Source: Candidatus Eiseniibacteriota bacterium
Lineage (GTDB): Bacteria > Eisenbacteria > RBG-16-71-46
Length of the DNA stretch: 64,000 bases
NCBI GenBank assembly: GCA_963717935.1
Contig: CAVQXP010000002.1
Span: 288,001-352,000, forward strand
Direction of reading: 5' to 3'
A program made the position numbers and the translations under genes. Shown here piece after piece: positions 58,865 through 64,000 of this stretch; within the stretch, counting starts at the first letter, position 1; the number at the start of each line of letters is the position of its first letter. A model generated the notes under the pieces. It was not told the DNA's origin and did not search any database. It was given only the letters and a program-made list of their open reading frames with translations.

Positions 58865-60513
58865 TCAGCGCACCGGGGACTCCAGCCGCGGCCCCCACAC
58901 CAGCGAGCCCTGTGCCCAGCGTGGATAGCGCGCTTCGAAGCGCGGGCGGTTCCCCGGGCCGAGCAGGAAGTTCAGCGTGCCGTCGGCGTCGTCGATGACC
59001 ACGTCCACGTTCCGGTCGAGGTATTCGAGGTAGCGCCCGGCCCGCCACGCCTCCACCGACGGGTTGTTCACGAGCCCGTCCAGGTTCACCACGGTGAAGG
59101 GCCCGATCTCGGGGGCGAAGTAACCGGCCGCGCCGGCGTTGAAGACCCCGACCGTCCGCGTGCCCGGAGCCTGCCTGGCGATCCTCGTCAGGATCGGCCG
59201 CACCACCAGTTCCTCGCCGCGCGGCACGATCCTGGTGGCGCTGAAGTACTGCGCGAAGATCGCGATCCCCGCCGCCGCCGCCACGACCGCCAGCGCCGCG
59301 CGCCACGCGGCCCGCAGGCGCCCGAGCAGCTCGTCCGCGGCCACCCCGCCCGCGAGGAACACGAGGATGAAGGTGGGCACGGTCGCGTACCAGACGACGT
59401 AGGTGCGCAGGACCAGCGCGTAGACCACGGCGTGCGCTGTGAGGTAGCCGAAGAGCCCCAGCGCCAGCGGGCGCAGGACCGTGGCGCGGGAACGCAGGAG
59501 GGAGAGGATCAGGAAGGGCAGGAGCGCGGCCAGGGCCAGCCACCCGGTCCAGGCGAAGAGGGTGAACGCCGCGCGATGCCTCATGCTCTCGCCGGCGGCG
59601 AAGAAGACCGGCGCCCAGACGAAGGCGACGAGGTAGCGCAGACGATGGCCCAGCGCCGCCGGCACGTGGCCGAAGATCTGCGGGTTCGCGAGTTTCGCCG
59701 CCCCGCTCACCTGCCAGGGCGTGCCGAAGGTGGTGAGATTCCAGATGAGCCAGGGCAGCGCCATCGCTGTGGCCGTCACGCCGGCCACGACGAAGAACCC
59801 GAGCGAGCGGCGCGGTGCGCGTCCGGGTGGCGAGCCACGAGCCCAGCGTGATCAGCGCGAGCGTGAAGCCCAGCAGCGGGCCGTTGTCGGTGCGGGCGAG
59901 GAACGCCAGCCCCGTGACGATGCCGACGAGCGCCCCGCGGCGCGCGTCTGGCGCACCGTCCTCGAAGGCCCACGCGACGACCCACAGCCACAGCGCGAAC
60001 AGGGTCACGGTGAGCGCGCTCTCCAACCCGCGCAGGGAGAGCAGCACGGTGACGGGCGAGAGGAACCACACGGCTGCGGCCCAGTGCGCGCCGCGCGGGG
60101 TGACCGAGCCGTCGCAGCAGCCGCCACAGCAGCACGCCGCTCGCGACGTCGAGCAGGGCGCACAGGCTGAGGGCGAGGTGCACGCCCACCCAGGAGCCCG
60201 CCCGCAGCGCGCCGGTGAGCGCGAAGACGGGGGTGAGCAGCAGCAGCCAGAGCGGGTGGAAGCCGTTGGTGGGGGCGAGGCCGTCGAAGGTGGCTCCGTG
60301 GCCCGCGGCGAGATGACGCGCGATGGTGAAGTAGTAGAAGGCGTCGTCCGCGACCACGCGGTTGTCGCACCAGCCCGCCCAGATGAACCCGAGACGCAGT
60401 GCGGCGCCGAGCAACGCGAGCGTCAGCAGGCCGCGGCGCCCGGCGGACCCGGGAGGGGACGGCGGCTTCGCGGTGGCCAGGTCCTGCGGCATCGCTGTGA
60501 GGGACGGTGTCAT
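58865..60513 (-). CDS. GT-C-fold membrane protein, two frameshifts (near 60080 and 59790)
   Basis: DDAFYYFTIARH..G.G.TFDG..PTNGFHPLW; GLES; LARTD; FNAGAAGYF...VVNLDGLVN. Confidence 0.75.
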
Positions 60514-60527
60514 GGGCCCTCTGTGCC

Positions 60528-62148
60528 TCAGCGGACGAGGTGCGCTTCGAGGGTGAGGCGCGCGTGTCCGCTGCGCCGGCCCGTCACGTGCGCCTCGTTC
60601 TCGGTCCAGCGGTAGCCGGCGAGCGCGCGCAGGTCCACGCCGCTCGCCGGCCACCAGCGCAGCCCCGCCTCGACCTCGCGCGTCTGCTCCACCACGCCCT
60701 CGAACGTGCCGACCTCGACGCGTGGCGAACCCGGCACGTAGGGCTCGTCGAGCCCGTTCTCGCCCTGGTCGGTGCGGGCCGCGCGAGCGAGCAGCTGCCA
60801 GTCCGGCCCGAGGTCCAGGGCGCCGCGCAGGGCGATGCGCCGCGAGTCCGGGCCCGTGGGGAACCCCAGCGGCGCACCCTGTGCCTGGTAGGAGCGCCCG
60901 AAGAACGAGGTGTAGACGTAGCGGGACAGCCGCGTGTACTCGCCGCCCCAGCTCAGGCGCGCGGCGCCGAGCGTGCCCACGCCCTCCCAGCCCAGTTGCC
61001 AGCCGTACTTGTCGGGGTTGTCCGCGGTGCGCGCGTGCAGGTCGTCGAGCAGGAGCTCACCGTAGACCCGCGTGCCCGGGGCGATGCGCCAGGCCGCGTC
61101 CAGCCCCAGCATGATGTTGTTGCGCAGTGCGCCGGAGGAGTCGGGCTCGTCCTGCACGAGCAGCCGCTGGACCAGGACGTAGGGGATCGCGCCGATGGCA
61201 TAGAGCGGCTGCCAGTTCGAGGCCCGGTAACGCGCGGTCTCGGTGAGCCCGAGGCGCAGCGCGTCGCGCGGCTGCCACTCGATGCGGTGCGCGGCGAGTT
61301 GTTCGCCCGCCGCCTGCTGGAGCGTGGCCGACAGTGCCGAGACATCGAGGTGGAGTGCCGCCAGGTGCACCTGATAGGAGAGGCCGGTGATCGGCGCCGA
61401 GGTCCTGGAGATCAGCAGTGAGGCCTCCTCGCCCGGGCCCCAGTGCCAGCGGCCACGCCCGAACTGCATGCCCCAGTCCCCGCCGGGACCGGAGTAGGCG
61501 AGGTAGGTCTCGTCGGTGTAGGCGATGAAGTCGGTGTTCGGGACGATGGGGTCGGCGAAGGAGCGCGCCCGGTCCACGCGTCCGACCAGCAGGTTGGTGA
61601 AGAGCAGCCACCGGTCCACCTGGACACCCAGCCGCGCGCGCAGCCCCGAGCCCGACGTGAAGCGCGCGTTGCCCGTGTCGGCGACGGCCATGCCCTCGGC
61701 CGCCGCGGAGAGCTCGAAGCGCTGGTCGCCGGGCGCGGTGGCCTCGAACAGGCGCGGCGTCGAGACGCCAGCGCGGATGAGGGGCGAACCAGGGCGCGGC
61801 GTCGCGCCCCAGGGCGCGCTCGAGGCGCGCATGGGAGATGGCGCGAGCTGCATCGGGCGAGTCCGGTGGGGTGGCGCGGCCCTGCAGTTCGAAGCGCTGC
61901 AGCGGCCGCAGGCCGAGGTGGGGGCGGAGGATCCGCCCGTCCGGGGCCCCGGAGCCGAGGATGTCGAGCAGGCGCAACTCCGACTCGAGCGGGTCGCCCA
62001 CGGGGATGAACTCGCGCGACGAGGCGCGGGCCGGTGTCGGTGCCGACAGGGCCAGCGCCACGAGCGCGGTCAGCGCGGCGCGGGACACCGTGCGCGCGCG
62101 CGGCGTGTCCGGGGTGTGGCGGTGGAGGGGACGGTCGGTGCAGCGCAT
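60528..62148 (-). CDS. wzi: Capsule assembly Wzi-family outer-membrane protein, frameshift near 61770
   Basis: Signal peptide ...PARA; FGRGRWHWGPG...SLLIS; AAHRIEW; LGLTET; YGELLLDD; PLGFPTGPD. Confidence 0.7.
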
Positions 62149-62250
62149 CACGGGCGATGCTAGCAGGCGGACCGGTGCGCGGCCAGCGTGGGCTCCGGCC
62201 GCGTGCGGCCCGACCCGCCCGGTGCGGCCCGGCGCCTGCGTCCCGCGGGT

Positions 62251-62280
62251 TTGAGGCGCTTTCGACCCGTGTGCTAGCCT
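62251..62280 (+). promoter_or_regulatory. sigma70-type promoter of valS
   Basis: TTGAGG-N18-TAGCCT with TGn extension. Confidence 0.4.
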
Positions 62281-62349
62281 CGGCTCCTCCGTCCCACTCC
62301 ACGGGGGCTCCGCTCCGGAGTCTCTCGCACCGTCCCTGACCGGCGAGGC

Positions 62350-64000
62350 ATGTCCTTGGAACGCGGCGATCCCGAGGCCCTCCAGCAGCCCTACGACCCC
62401 GGACGCATCGAGCAGCGCTGGTACGCCTTCTGGGTGGAGCGGGGCGTGTTCCGGCCGCGCGCGGAGAGCCGCTCCGGCGAGCGGCCGCCCGGGAAGCCGT
62501 TCGTCGTCTCGATCCCGCCGCCGAACGTCACCGGCTCGCTCACCATGGGCCACCTGCTGGGCGAGTCGGTGCGCGACGTGGTGCTGCGCTGGCAGCGCAT
62601 GGAGGGTCGGGAGACCCTCTACGTGCCGGGCATGGACCACGCCGGCATCGCCACGCAGAACGTGGTGGAGAAGAAGCTGCGCGAGGACAAGCGCAGCCGC
62701 CACGACCTGGGGCGCGAGGCCTTCCTGCGCGAGGTCTGGGCCTGGAAGGAGCAGTACGGCGGCCTGATCCTGCAGCAGCTCCGCCGCTTCGGCATCTCGG
62801 CCGACTGGGCCCGCGAGCGCTTCACGCTCGACGAGGGCTACTCGCGCGCGGTGCTGCACGCCTTCAAGCTCCTCCACGACAAGGGGCTCATCTACCGCGG
62901 GCGCTACATCGTCAACTGGTGCCCGCGCTGCCACACGGCGCTCTCCGACGAGGAGGTCGAGCACGTCGAGACCGTCGGCAGCCTCTGGTACCTGAAGTAC
63001 CCGGTGAAGGACACCCGGCAGCACGTGGTGGTGGCCACCACGCGGCCCGAGACCATGCTGGGCGACACCGCGGTCGCGGTGCACCCGAAGGACCGGCGCT
63101 ACGCGAAGCTGATCGGCAAGATGGCCGTGCTGCCGCTCGTGCGGCGCGAGATCCCCATCGTGGCCGACGAGATGGTGGACCCGAAGTTCGGCACGGGCGC
63201 GGTGAAGGTGACGCCCGCGCACGACTCGAACGACTTCCTCACCTCGCAGCGCCACGGCCTGCCCGAGATGGTCGTGATGGACGAGGCCGGCGTGATGAAC
63301 GACAACGCCGGCGACTTCCGTGGTCTCGACCGTTTCGAGGCGCGCCGGCGCGTGGTCGCGGCGCTGACCGACGCCGGCTACCTGGAGAAGACCGAGGCCT
63401 ACACCGTGCCGGTCGGCCACTGCCACCGCTGCCAGACCGTGATCGAGCCCTACCTCTCGTGGCAGTGGTTCGTGAAGATGGGGCCGCTCGCCGCGCCCGG
63501 CCATCGAGGCGGCGAAGAAGGGCCAGGTCAAGTTCTACCCGGCGCGCTACAAGAAGGTCTATCTCCACTGGCTCGAGAACATCCGTGACTGGTGCATCTC
63601 GCGGCAGCTGTGGTGGGGGCACCGCATCCCGGTCTGGTACCGCGGCGAGGAGATGGTGGTGTCGCTCGAGCAGCCCGCGGGCGAAGGCTGGACGCAGGAC
63701 GAGGACGTGCTCGACACCTGGTTCTCGTCCTGGCTGTGGCCCTTCGCCATCCTCGGCTGGCCCGAGGAGACCGAGGACCTCGAACGCTTCCACCCGAACT
63801 CGCTCATGGTCACCGGGGCCGACATCATCTTCTTCTGGGTCGCGCGCATGGTCATGGCCGGGATCGAGTTCCGCGGCGAGGTGCCGTTCCAGCACGTCTA
63901 CTTCACCAGCATCGTGCGCGACGCGCAGGGCCGGAAGATGTCGAAGACGCTGGGCAACTCGCCCGACCCGATCAAGATCATGGACCACTACGGCGCCGAC
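62350..64000 (+). CDS. valS: Valine--tRNA ligase, frameshift near 63497, runs off window end
   Basis: [37 protein letters not shown]; next frame [32 protein letters not shown]. Confidence 0.96.

Noticed and set aside
63490..63510. Programmed frameshift in valS (and other genes)
   Set aside because: No slippery heptamer; indels are numerous and scattered, consistent with sequencing error.

Overview
Very GC-rich bacterial chromosome segment from a diderm with meso-DAP peptidoglycan (MurE DNPR motif). The PorZ/T9SS-CTD protein and Wzi suggest an FCB-related lineage such as Ca. Eisenbacteria, but this is inference only. Layout: (1) 1-14.4 kb, a surface-glycan operon with flippase, AsnB-like amidotransferase, GT4s, YfhO/GT-C proteins, polyprenol-P-mannose synthase, a GNAT and an embedded PorZ-like gene; (2) 14.4-33.3 kb, a dcw cluster from mraZ to ftsZ with a STAS gene inserted between mraZ and rsmH, no murB/ddl, and a trailing TPR gene; (3) rpmB, recG, a zinc-ribbon protein, a multi-PAS hybrid kinase and a patA/pimA-like + MFS operon; (4) 43.8-57.9 kb, the most interesting part: a flagellar-type regulatory cascade with no flagellar structural or chemotaxis gene in the window. 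It contains an orphan MglA, CsrA, a short unannotated FlgM-like anti-sigma, and a sensor kinase plus sigma54 activator, followed by a sigma54 promoter in front of REC, a stand-alone sigma28-region-4 protein, a small hypothetical, FleN, FliA, a DHp-only protein, a degenerate GGDEF, a hybrid kinase and a pseudo-Wzc; sigma28-type promoters lie before csrA-flgM, the PAS kinase and possibly mglA; (5) galE-like, GT-C, wzi and valS. Many genes in 39.6-48 kb and 55.9-64 kb, including essential valS, carry single-base frameshifts that most likely are assembly errors. No rRNA, tRNA, CRISPR array or mobile element was seen.
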